Virus record (IMG/VR): IMGVR_UViG_3300021400_000113
Location: 40,932 to 104,931 of that record
Direction: 5' to 3' (one strand)
Length of the DNA: 64,000 nucleotides
DNA from: a virus
Lineage: Duplodnaviria > Heunggongvirae > Uroviricota > Caudoviricetes
The notes below the pieces were generated by a model. The model ran no database searches. It worked only from the letters and a program-made list of their open reading frames with translations, and had not been told where the DNA came from. This document shows positions 1 through 7,982 of this stretch, piece after piece (within the stretch, counting starts at the first letter, position 1; the number at the start of each line of letters is the position of its first letter). A program made the translations under genes and the position numbers.

Positions 1-2
1 TT

Positions 3-140
3 TTTACCTTTGAAGATTCCGACATCAAAAATAATGGATGCCAATGGGATTGGGAAGAATATATTTATTGTCCTGAATGCAAACAACAAAACATTATTCA
101 CTCCCGTAAAATTTATCAAACTTTAAACTTTAAAAAATAA
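3..140 (+). CDS. C-terminal fragment of hypothetical Cys-containing protein (partial at window start)
   Basis: Open frame 3 running from the window edge to TAA at 138-140. Contains a CxxW...CPEC zinc-ribbon-like spacing. Frame 1 is also open to 126. Confidence 0.25.
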   Translation, partial: FTFEDSDIKNNGCQWDWEEYIYCPECKQQNIIHSRKIYQTLNFKK

Positions 141-144
141 TTGT

Positions 145-173
145 TTGACTAAATGTTAAAATTATGTTATAAT
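145..173 (+). promoter_or_regulatory. conserved phage promoter copy (-35 TTGACT, 17 nt, -10 TATAAT)
   Basis: ttgact at 145-150 and tataat at 168-173, 17-nt spacer. Matches the repeated consensus. Confidence 0.5.
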
Positions 174-260
174 TTTAATGTAAGTAGGAAAGAAAAAACC
201 AAGAACGAAATCTTATTTCAAGACTAATATGATACCAGAATTAGGAGGAAGAAAATAAAG

Positions 261-401
261 ATGAACGAACTTGACGATTTTCTTTGTAATCCTAGCTATG
301 AAGAACTTGAAGAAGAATTTGAAGCTTGGCTTCAACTTCAAAATCAGGTAGAAGTTAAATACTTGACTCAAAATAAAAATTGTGATATAATAAATATGTA
401 A
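261..401 (+). CDS. small acidic hypothetical protein (46 aa)
   Basis: AGGAGG at 244-249, ATG at 261, TAA at 399-401. The 3' end overlaps a promoter copy. Confidence 0.3.
   Translation: MNELDDFLCNPSYEELEEEFEAWLQLQNQVEVKYLTQNKNCDIINM
363..391 (+). promoter_or_regulatory. conserved phage promoter copy
   Basis: ttgact at 363-368 and TGtgaTATAAT at 386-391, followed by aaatatgtaaag. Precedes tRNA-Ala. Confidence 0.55.
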
Positions 402-408
402 AGTGAAT

Positions 409-483
409 GGGGCATTCGTTCACTCGGTAGGACACGACCCTTGCAAGGTTGAAAAATCGGATCGTAACCGATATGCTCCACCA
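409..483 (+). tRNA. tRNA-Ala (anticodon TGC)
   Basis: Acceptor ggggcat pairs with atgctcc. Anticodon stem cgacc/ggttg, loop cttgcaa. T-arm atcgg-atcgtaa-ccgat. CCA is encoded. Confidence 0.5.
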
Positions 484-608
484 GAGGCCGCGAGGATGAC
501 TGGGCGACGGCAATAAGCGGAGTCATGACCGCATCGCTTTCCCGAGATACTAATAGCATCAACTCGTTAAAGGTTGAAATAGAACCGTAATATGGATGCT
601 ATACGCGT

Positions 609-681
609 GCGCGCTTAGCTCAGTTGGCAGAGCGCTTCGTTTACACCGAAGAAGTCAGCAGTTCAAATCTGTTAGTGCGCA
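609..681 (+). tRNA. tRNA-Val (anticodon TAC)
   Basis: Acceptor gcgcgct pairs with agtgcgc. D-arm tagctcagttggcagagc. Anticodon stem cttcg/cgaag, loop tttacac. T-loop ttcaaat. Confidence 0.6.
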
Positions 682-795
682 TTATAGACTCTCACAGCAA
701 ACAAACACATTCAGTGTCGTGGGTTCGATTCCCATCTTATGCGCAATAGCACGAGTAGCTCAGAGGGTAGAGTATGAAATTAGAGAGTCTAGTTA

Positions 796-825
796 TTTGA
801 CTTAAAATGAAAATTATGATATAAT
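796..825 (+). promoter_or_regulatory. conserved phage promoter copy
   Basis: ttgact at 796-801 and tgaTATAAT at 820-825, followed by aaatatgtaagaaag. Drives the tRNA-Met gene and the GC-rich island. Confidence 0.55.
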
Positions 826-858
826 AAATATGTAAGAAAGAGATAATATTTCCTTCAT

Positions 859-934
859 CGCGGACAGGACAAGCGGTTAAGTCATGGGCCTCATAAGCCT
901 CAAGGACTGGGTTCGACTCCCAGGCCCGCGACCA
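859..934 (+). tRNA. tRNA with CAT anticodon (Met, fMet or Ile-lysidine type)
   Basis: Acceptor cgcggac pairs with gcccgcg with one mismatch. Anticodon loop ctcataa. T-arm ctggg-ttcgact-cccag. CCA is encoded. Confidence 0.45.
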
Positions 935-2047
935 GCCTCTGCCGATGGGGCAATGAAACTAAATCGGTCGATTAAAGTGAAAGACGTTGGCGAACGAAAC
1001 GTTAGGGCGAAAAGGTAGGAACTGGTATGTTCGGGTTCGAATCCCGACGGAGGCAAGGGCGCATACTCCGAACCCTGATGCACTTAGAGTCTAGCCCGCT
1101 CGAAGGTGGCAACTGGAGAGCGTAACCGCACATCGTTCGCGGTATATAAATATGCGGTGTCGGCAAGCAGGGCCAAACTGCTGCAGCTCTGGTAGTCAGG
1201 CAGAGAACTAGAGGCTCCCTAGCATAAATAGAAGGAGTGACGAGGAAGTTACGCAGTTATGGCACTGCGTCTAATCCACCCAGACCAATTGGTCATGTTT
1301 TAAGACATAGAGGTAGGAGAAATTAAATGAGTCGCGCTAATAGACCGCAAGTTCGCAATAGTCTGTTTAGGAAACGCAGTTGAAAAGATACTAAGCGCCT
1401 ATTGGTGCCCAAATGCCGTAGTTAGCGTGTAAGTTTTGAAAGACTAAGACTGAGAAGCTTTAGGTCGCGCGCTAGGAAGAATGGGTTAAATGGAGTTTGA
1501 AGAACAGCCAAGTCCAAACAGTAAGGACATAAAAGAAGGAATGTGAGTTCCCGCCACGCTCAGAGTTGATGGTGCGCTACACTTCGGAAATGGGAAGTGG
1601 GGATGGACGAAGACCAGATTGAGATAGATATACAAACAATGCGCGAAAACAGGCTTGAATGTATGTAGGCCACCTCAAAAGTCATGGCTGAAAAACGGGA
1701 TGGAAGGAAACGAGTTCTCTTGTCCTTACCCAGGTTAAAACCTCGGAAAAGCGATTAATAGTAGTCGCACCCGTCACATTGCGTAGGCCAATTGAGCAGC
1801 AATGCGGTAATACCAGTGCACTGGTAGCAAAGTTACCCTGGCTCCCCAGAGTTTGGGCGCAACCTGGGTTATCAAACGCCTATATGCCCGCATCGAATAA
1901 TTGGTTAGTTCGTCACCCTTTCAAGGTGAAAATTCCGGATCGTTCCCGGATGTGGGTGCCATTACAGGCGGCACGAGTCTGTATAAAGAAACGTGTTCTT
2001 CTCTTCGGGACGACGAAGACCAGGTGAGGTAGTCAGGCTCGCCATAT

Positions 2048-2124
2048 GACCCCATAGTTCAGCTGGTTAGAATACGGCGCTGTCACCGCCGAGATCGCGG
2101 GATCATAACCCGCTGGGGCCGCCA
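2048..2124 (+). tRNA. tRNA-Asp (anticodon GTC)
   Basis: Anticodon stem cggcg/cgccg, loop ctgtcac. D-arm tagttcagctggttagaa. 3' end ctggggcc-g-cca. Acceptor has one mismatch and the T-loop is atypical. Confidence 0.5.
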
Positions 2125-2560
2125 TTCGCATCGCCTCCTTTACGATGCAAGTCTGCGGAAAATACGGATTCTCACTAACCTACGGGTAGCGCCCGCTTGC
2201 GGCTTAGCAGCAGACTATAATAAAAAGACAGGCGAAGTAAGTGACGCCCGACCCCAACAGCAGGGCGTTATAAGCGAGACACGAATCTATAAATATTGAG
2301 GCTAGCTTTATCAATATTATAGTGTTGGGACGTATGTGGCAACCAGTAAGCGCCCGAAATGCTTACGTGAGAGACATCTTATAGCTTATGGAGACGTCCC
2401 TATAATGATGTATAGCTTAGAGTGCTATTTGTCGCGCCATTTAGATGGGTCAGCAATGTTTCTTAATCGTCTGCAACACGAGAGATATGGGTTCGATTCC
2501 CGTCCAGGAAACTGGTAGCTTAATGGAAAAAGCGTTATTATAAGTCCATCTAGTTTTTAT

Positions 2561-2589
2561 TTGACTTTTTCCTAAATTTATAGTATAAT
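2561..2589 (+). promoter_or_regulatory. conserved phage promoter copy
   Basis: ttgact at 2561-2566 and tagTATAAT at 2584-2589, followed by taatacataagaaagg. Confidence 0.5.
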
Positions 2590-2621
2590 TAATACATAAG
2601 AAAGGAAAAATTCCTTTCTGT

Positions 2622-2744
2622 GGCCGATTCGCCAAGTGGTTTGGCAGGTGGCTGGTTGGATAGAATTAGTCCTAGCTAGGTGTAAGACCTAGATCCAGCA
2701 CAATTAACCACCCCAGGGGAGTTCAATTCTCTCATCGGCCGCCA
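2622..2744 (+). tRNA. tRNA-like gene with ~50-nt insert enclosed by the anticodon stem (candidate intron-containing tRNA)
   Basis: Perfect 7-bp acceptor ggccgat/atcggcc with encoded CCA. Class-II-like D-arm gccaagtggtttggc. ggtgg...ccacc encloses about 57 nt. T-arm gggag-ttcaatt-ctctc. Confidence 0.3.
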
Positions 2745-2820
2745 GCCTGAGCAAATGTGGAAAGTCGTATGTGCGGTTGGCTGACCTTAAAGCTAATTAC
2801 AATTTATGAGGTATACCGAA

Positions 2821-3354
2821 ATGATAAGACTAAAAATTCTACCCCCTTGGACAATTTTAGTCCGTAAATTAGAAGCTTTACTTGACGGTGATCCACAGAT
2901 TGCTTTTAATGTCAATTTTAGTGGGGAACATCCTACCGTTGCACTTTCTTGTAATAACGGAGATAAAGTTGCGGCTTTATAGCAAATTTTGCCTGAACAA
3001 ATTTTTTTTGGTAATGTAACATTGAAAATTATGATTGATGGTACTCCAAGTAATCGCGCTTTTACAAGTAAGGTTGAACTATTTGATACAGCGTTTAAGG
3101 GTAATCCAGCATATGCATATTCTGTATGTCCTGCTGAAGAAGGTTATCAGTGGATCGGCACAACTTATGTTGTATTTAATAATTGCGTAGTACAGTTCGC
3201 TGCGGACAACCTAAACGATTGTCATGGTATTATTAGTACTCTATATCAAGATATTGCGGATGAAATTCTAACTGGCCCAGCAACAGAAGGTGTTTTCTAT
3301 AATACTAATGTTGAGCGCGCGAATCTTGGTAAACCTCTTGGCGAATGGCCATAA
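2821..3354 (+). CDS. hypothetical protein; contains one in-frame TAG (2980-2982)
   Basis: ATG at 2821 is in the same frame as ORF 2989-3354 and separated from it only by TAG. Ends with TAA. Confidence 0.4.
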
Positions 3355-3487
3355 TTAATTAAAATTTAAGACCTGTCAGCTAATTTTCTTTTGCTTAGGG
3401 AGCACGGTGTCGATGGTTCGAGTCCATCTCTTCGCATAGCGAAGATAGCTCAGTCGGTAGAGCACGTATATAGCGGGTCTTGTATTC

Positions 3488-3565
3488 CGGGCAGTAGCGC
3501 AGTTGGTTAGTCGCGCGAACCTGATAAGTTCGAGGTCGGTGGTTCAAGTCCACCCTGCCCGACCA
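3488..3565 (+). tRNA. tRNA-Ile (anticodon GAT)
   Basis: Acceptor cgggcag/ctgcccg. Anticodon stem cgaac/gttcg, loop ctgataa. T-arm ggtgg-ttcaagt-ccacc. CCA is encoded. Confidence 0.6.
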
Positions 3566-3618
3566 CTCTCGTAAGAGACCACTTTCATGCCCTAGCCTAT
3601 TGGGTTAAGTAGGCAAAT

Positions 3619-3692
3619 GCGGTATTGGTATAGCGGCTGTGCCCTGGCCTTCCAAGCCGGTGACGCGGGTTCAAGCCCCGCATATCGCTCCA
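3619..3692 (+). tRNA. tRNA-Gly (anticodon TCC)
   Basis: Acceptor gcggtat/atatcgc. Anticodon stem ctggc/gccgg, loop cttccaa. T-arm gcggg-ttcaagc-cccgc. CCA is encoded. Confidence 0.55.
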
Positions 3693-4109
3693 TGGCCTTA
3701 GACGGGTCAAACGATGTAGGCTTTTTCCCAGCTCATTGGGTTAAGTGAGCATTAAGAGACTTGCCCACGCCTCTTAATAATGCGTACCAGGGAAGCACGT
3801 GGCTACAACGGTTAATAGTAGCAATATGGCGAGGTAGACCAATTTGGCAGAGTCAAGAGACTTTAGTAAAATTGAGCACTAAATAGGAAACTATTTATGT
3901 GAATCGCGTCAAATTCGGTGAAACTCCTTACAGGACAATACCGAGCGAAGCCTTTTAGGAACGTGTAGAGACTTGACGGCGCGCACCTAAACAGAAATGT
4001 ATGGTGAAGATAAAGTCCAGACTACAACGCTATTGCGGCCATAGTAATATGGAGTAGTAAGAAAATCTCTGTAGTGTGGGTTCGAATCCCATCCTCGCTA
4101 CCATTTATG

Positions 4110-4185
4110 TCCTCGTAACAGAATTGGCATATGTATTCGGCTCAAACCCGAAGTTCTGTGGGTCCGACTCCCACCGAGGATACCA
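4110..4185 (+). tRNA. class-I tRNA with CAA anticodon (Leu codon UUG; short variable loop)
   Basis: Acceptor gtcctcg/cgaggat with a G-U pair. Anticodon stem ttcgg/ccgaa, loop ctcaaac. T-arm gtggg-tccgact-cccac. CCA is encoded. Confidence 0.45.
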
Positions 4186-4186
4186 T

Positions 4187-4264
4187 GTCCAGTTGGCGCA
4201 ATTTGGCAGACGCGCATGGTTTAGGCCCATGTTTTTGAAGGTTCAAATCCTTTACTGGACACCA
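4187..4264 (+). tRNA. class-I tRNA with TAG anticodon (reads CUA; short variable loop)
   Basis: Perfect acceptor gtccagt/actggac. Anticodon stem catgg/ccatg, loop tttaggc. T-arm gaagg-ttcaaat-ccttt. CCA is encoded. Confidence 0.5.
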
Positions 4265-4420
4265 TTCAAATATTTAGTGGCGGAATATGTAGACGCAGAA
4301 AATACGAACAAGTCAGTCCAACATTCTAGTCATGAATAGAACCACGGTCTGCCGGACATAGGAAATACTTGCAGCTTAGTAATAGGCGAACCTGTGTGGT
4401 GAAAATCCACACCTAAATAT

Positions 4421-4446
4421 TTGACTTTCTTCAAAATTATATATAG
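4421..4446 (+). promoter_or_regulatory. variant promoter copy
   Basis: ttgactttcttcaaaattatatata. Weaker -10. Precedes the small ORF at 4458-4631. Confidence 0.3.
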
Positions 4447-4457
4447 AGGAAAGTAAA

Positions 4458-4631
4458 ATGAATAAAAAAGAAATTATTCAAAAAATTTATAAAGAGTATG
4501 GAAAAGAAAATATAAAATTTTTAACAATAGAAATAGATGAAGATAACCAAAAGGAATACTATGTTCATTATTTAGTCTTAGATGATATTAAATGGATAAG
4601 TCATACAGAATATTTTCCAATTAATATTTGA
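4458..4631 (+). CDS. small hypothetical protein (57 aa)
   Basis: RBS agagga, ATG at 4458, TGA at 4629-4631. Confidence 0.4.
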   Translation: MNKKEIIQKIYKEYGKENIKFLTIEIDEDNQKEYYVHYLVLDDIKWISHTEYFPINI

Positions 4632-4656
4632 CTTTTCTTCAAAATTATTGTATAAT
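4628..4656 (+). promoter_or_regulatory. conserved phage promoter copy
   Basis: ttgact at 4628-4633 and tgtataat at 4649-4656, followed by aattatgtaagaaag. Confidence 0.5.
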
Positions 4657-4683
4657 AATTATGTAAGAAAGAAAGAAGGGAGA

Positions 4684-4905
4684 ATGAAAATGAACCCATT
4701 AAGTTATAAACTTGGCACAAAATTCTCCGGAAAAATTCTTAATGATTGGTTATCTGAACAGATTACTAATCATGGTAGTCATGAAAAAATAGCTCAAAAA
4801 ATTGATAAACATTTTATCCTAAAAAATGATAGAAATTATCAATTAGTACAAATGTCATATCGTGATCGTGAAGAAAAAAGTTTAGGATTTATGAAGGTGG
4901 AATAA
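4684..4905 (+). CDS. hypothetical protein
   Basis: RBS aagggag then ATG at 4684 (MKMNPL...). Stop TAA. Confidence 0.45.
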   Translation: MKMNPLSYKLGTKFSGKILNDWLSEQITNHGSHEKIAQKIDKHFILKNDRNYQLVQMSYRDREEKSLGFMKVE

Positions 4906-4906
4906 A

Positions 4907-5092
4907 ATGGCAATTTTAATTAAAGGCGTATCTAAATATAATAAAGATTGTTATAATTGTCCTTTTAATGATTCAAATTGCTGGTGTAATATCACTAAAA
5001 GTGAAATAGATCGTGATGATTATACCACAGAAGCTCCATGTCCAATTATTGAAATACCAGATTCAATACTTGACTTTTTCCAAAATTCATGA
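4907..5092 (+). CDS. small Cys-rich hypothetical protein
   Basis: ORF with multiple Cys residues (CYNCPF...CWC). The 3' end runs into a promoter copy. Confidence 0.45.
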   Translation: MAILIKGVSKYNKDCYNCPFNDSNCWCNITKSEIDRDDYTTEAPCPIIEIPDSILDFFQNS

Positions 5093-5098
5093 TATAAT
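5070..5098 (+). promoter_or_regulatory. conserved phage promoter copy
   Basis: ttgact at 5070-5075 and tgatataat at 5090-5098, followed by aaatatgtaagaaagg. Drives GC-rich non-coding island 5116-5700. Confidence 0.55.
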
Positions 5099-5732
5099 AA
5101 ATATGTAAGAAAGGAAAACGAAATGTAAAAGACATTTTGTTTAGCAATTATGAACCAAGTGAAGATGTGCTAACCACACAGCTTGGGATACTTGAATAAC
5201 AGCCATACACTACGGCCCGGGATACTAGGCAAGTGCGGCCGCGAAACTAGTAATAGTTAGCGATAGTGGAGAAACTCCAAATGTTAAGAGTATGCGCCAA
5301 GTAATTTGCTTGAAAATGCACGATTCCTTACGGCGACATAATAGGAAGCCAGGTTAAGAGCCAGGCCAAATCCAGATAAGGTATTGGGGTGGTAGCCAAT
5401 ACAAACTCTGGAAAAACCACAAGTCGCTATGTCGATGAAAGCCAGAAATGGCATATAAGTAAGGTTTGCGGTTGGAGTAGCCCAATTTGACAGTAATTCT
5501 AATAATATTTGATACAGATATTGAAGATGCTGAATGGTTTGGGTGAAACTTAGAGGTAAGCAATCCTCTCTATTCTCGGCGCTTGGCGTGGGAATCGGAT
5601 GGTATAAGGTCGCTACTTATACCACAGCCCGGTTTTCAATAGTAGCATAATATTCAAGAAGAATTATGAGGTACGGCGAAGGTCGCAGTAATTGTTAAAC
5701 AAAGTGTCTTTTATATTGAAAAAGGATATAAA

Positions 5733-5948
5733 ATGAAAGCTAAATGTATCAAATGTAAAACAGTTTGGGAATATGAAGCAAATGAAATGAAAGTTGAACT
5801 AAATGGAACAGGATTAATTATAGCTTTATATTGTCCGAAATGTCATAAACAGTTTTATGGATGCAATCCAAATGAACTTGCTTTAAGTGTAACGCCTGTT
5901 TCTGTTGATCATAAAATTGAACGTAAGGCAAAGTATGATTGGGAGTAA
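5733..5948 (+). CDS. small zinc-ribbon protein (CxxC...CxxC)
   Basis: ORF with CIKCK and CPKCH motifs. RBS aaaggatataaaatg. Confidence 0.5.
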   Translation: MKAKCIKCKTVWEYEANEMKVELNGTGLIIALYCPKCHKQFYGCNPNELALSVTPVSVDHKIERKAKYDWE

Positions 5949-5963
5949 ATATAATATTGATAT

Positions 5964-5992
5964 TTGACTTCATTCTAAAATTATGATATAAT
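5964..5992 (+). promoter_or_regulatory. conserved phage promoter copy
   Basis: ttgact at 5964-5969 and tgatataat at 5984-5992, followed by aaatatgt. Sits upstream of a tRNA cluster. Confidence 0.55.
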
Positions 5993-6179
5993 AAATATGT
6001 TGAGAACGTGGGACATATAAGTTATATGGAGTTAAGGCGCCACCACGAACAGTACTATATGCGGCGATTCTCAACATTAACTAAACGTGAAGGGAACAAG
6101 TTACCTTAGAAGACTTGCGCGTCAAGTGGACCTGTAACGGGAGGAGAAGGTCGTAAATATTCTCCCTCCGCCATTTAAT

Positions 6180-6258
6180 GCCCTATTAGCTCAGCGGAAT
6201 AGAGCACCGCGCTACGGACGCGGGTTTGTCAGGCGTTCAAATCGTCTATAGGGCACCA
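6180..6258 (+). tRNA. tRNA-Arg (anticodon ACG)
   Basis: Perfect acceptor gccctat/atagggc. D-arm gctcagcggaatagagc. Anticodon stem ccgcg/cgcgg, loop ctacgga. T-loop ttcaaat. CCA is encoded. Confidence 0.65.
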
Positions 6259-6332
6259 TTAACGACGATTACAGCAATAGTTTTAACAATAAATTAGGGA
6301 TTTATTTAGTTAGAAATCGTCGTGTTATTTAT

Positions 6333-6423
6333 GCGTCGGTGTGGCTAGTGGCGAAGCCAGCAGACTGTAAATCTGCTCCCCTCAGGGTAAACATCGTAGG
6401 TTCAACTCCTACTCGGCGCACCA
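6333..6423 (+). tRNA. tRNA-Tyr (anticodon GTA), class II with long variable arm
   Basis: Acceptor gcgtcgg/tcggcgc. Anticodon stem gcaga/tctgc, loop ctgtaaa. Variable arm cccctcaggg. T-arm gtagg-ttcaact-cctac. CCA is encoded. Confidence 0.55.
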
Positions 6424-6504
6424 ATAGTGTTGCGAGCTTAGTCGCAGGAAAGTTACTACCCTAAGGCAACCGTTGTGAGTTTGGTGTTCAAAACTCTCAT
6501 ATGG

Positions 6505-6632
6505 GCGAGTAGCCAAGTGGTCAAAGGCATTGGAACCATAAATGAATCTAGTGACTAAGGTTCTAACAGCTACTTAATGGACTGTAAATCCAAGGCGAAA
6601 GCTACGCAGGTTCAAATCCTGTCCTCGCCCAT
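6505..6632 (+). tRNA. tRNA-like gene with ~50-nt insert inside the anticodon stem (terminal loop ctgtaaa, GTA)
   Basis: Perfect acceptor gggcgag/ctcgccc. Class-II D-arm gccaagtggtcaaaggc. ttgga...tccaa encloses about 58 nt. T-arm has ttcaaat. Confidence 0.35.
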
Positions 6633-6637
6633 TACAA

Positions 6638-6727
6638 AGGGGAGTGGTGTAACGGCAACACGCAGGTCTCTAAAACCTGGGCCTTCTGAGGGCGTCATTC
6701 TCGGTTCAAATCCGAGCTCCCCCGCCA
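6638..6727 (+). tRNA. amber suppressor tRNA (anticodon CTA, reads UAG), with a long variable region
   Basis: Perfect anticodon stem caggt/acctg with 7-nt loop ctctaaa, giving U33-CUA-A37. D-stem gtgt/acac. T-arm ctcgg-ttcaaat-ccgag. 3' end ctccccc-g-cca. Variable region is about 20 nt. Confidence 0.6.
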
Positions 6728-6826
6728 ATTATAGACCATTTCTGCAAATAATTAATGGATAAAGAAAATTTCTGTAAAAAATTTTTGAATAGGTTCGATT
6801 CCTATAAATTTCAAATGGTCTAGTTC

Positions 6827-6899
<73 letters not shown>

Positions 6900-7034
6900 T
6901 TAAATCACATTAGATAAAAGTACGATCAATAAAATAGTCTATATCCTTCGTTGACGCTATAAGGGTAATTAATGAAAAGTCAATTACTGTGGATAGGTTC
7001 CATTTGGAGAATCGGGAGAATGGATGTGATTTAT

Positions 7035-7107
7035 GCGCGTGTAGCTCAGTTGGTAGAGCACGTGACTTTTAATCACGGTGTCGAGAGTTCAATTCTCTCC
7101 ACGCGCA
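7035..7107 (+). tRNA. tRNA-Lys (anticodon TTT)
   Basis: Perfect acceptor gcgcgtg/cacgcgc. D-arm tagctcagttggtagagc. Anticodon stem cgtga/tcacg, loop cttttaa. T-arm gagag-ttcaatt-ctctc. Confidence 0.7.
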
Positions 7108-7129
7108 CTAATTTGAAAGGAGTATTAAA

Positions 7130-7456
7130 ATGAATACTATACTAGGTAAAATTACTAATGTAAGATTTGGTTTTATTCCGGACTATCCGTTTCTTTTTGG
7201 AATTGATTTTGATTTTTCTCTTGGAGACGGTAGTGGTATTGGCTCTGGCGGAAAATATACTGTTAATATCAGTAAAGACTGTAAATGGAGCGCGGAAGAA
7301 CGTAAAGAAGCGATTGAAAGTTCAATTGACTTCATCGTTAAAATTTTAAAAGATGCTAAAGTAGATAATGTATATGATCTTAAAAATAAGCCAGTAGAAG
7401 TATATATTCAAGATAATACTTTTGTCAATTTTAGAATTTTAACAGAAGTTCTATAA
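7130..7456 (+). CDS. hypothetical protein
   Basis: ORF with RBS aaaggag. Gly-rich segment GDGSGIGSGG. Confidence 0.5.
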   Translation: MNTILGKITNVRFGFIPDYPFLFGIDFDFSLGDGSGIGSGGKYTVNISKDCKWSAEERKEAIESSIDFIVKILKDAKVDNVYDLKNKPVEVYIQDNTFVNFRILTEVL

Positions 7457-7474
7457 CATAAAGGAGTATATGAT

Positions 7475-7843
7475 ATGACTGTTCAGGAAGTAGTTTGGTT
7501 CATGAATCATAAATACGGTGAACAAGCATATGTTGTAGAAACAAAGGAAGAAATTTTATTGTTCTCATTAAAATCAAAATGGATTATTAAAAAATCTGAT
7601 TTTAAACACTTTCATACTTATACTCTATTTCATTTTAACGATATTGAACGTGAACATTATCATGTTCAATTAAAATCTCAAAATTTAGATTATCTCGTAT
7701 ACCAAGCAATCGCACACGATAATGAAAAAATTCCATATTCTAATAATGATTGGAAACAATTTAATGAAATGTGGAATATGTATTTATTAGGTAGAGAAAT
7801 TGAAGGACGTGCGGCAGCTTGGGATTGGTTATGTGGTCGGTAG
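7475..7843 (+). CDS. hypothetical protein (terminates at TAG; see rejected notes)
   Basis: ORF with RBS aaggag. The only stop before the tRNA cluster is TAG at 7841-7843. Confidence 0.45.
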   Translation: MTVQEVVWFMNHKYGEQAYVVETKEEILLFSLKSKWIIKKSDFKHFHTYTLFHFNDIEREHYHVQLKSQNLDYLVYQAIAHDNEKIPYSNNDWKQFNEMWNMYLLGREIEGRAAAWDWLCGR

Positions 7844-7904
7844 TTTAACGGTAAAACCTCGGATTGTGGCTCCGAAGACGCAGGTTCAACTCCTGTCCTT
7901 CCAA
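7833..7904 (+). tRNA. tRNA-His (anticodon GTG) with G-1; imperfect acceptor
   Basis: Perfect anticodon stem tcgga/tccga with loop ttgtggc. D-stem gttt/aaac. T-arm gcagg-ttcaact-cctgt. Acceptor tggtcgg/ccttcca has 2 central mismatches. Confidence 0.45.
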
Positions 7905-7905
7905 T

Positions 7906-7976
7906 GCAGGTATAGTATAGTGGTAATACATCACCTTGCCAAGGTGAAATCGCGGGTTCAAATCCCGCTACTTGCT
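7906..7976 (+). tRNA. tRNA-Gly (anticodon GCC)
   Basis: Acceptor gcaggta/tacttgc. Anticodon stem tcacc/ggtga, loop ttgccaa. T-arm gcggg-ttcaaat-cccgc. Confidence 0.6.
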
Positions 7977-7982
7977 TATTAT

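Noticed and set aside
596-1083. ORFs 596-805 (+), 877-1083 (-) and 368-562 (-) from the six-frame track
   Set aside because: They overlap tRNA genes and the GC-rich non-coding island, lack RBS context, and their composition is atypical for this genome.
1779-2027. 82-aa ORF inside GC-rich island
   Set aside because: No RBS. Embedded in sequence with strongly atypical composition. Treated as a non-coding RNA region.
2336-2635. ORFs 2336-2518 (+) and 2450-2635 (-)
   Set aside because: They overlap an orphan tRNA T-arm fragment and a promoter copy. No translation signals.
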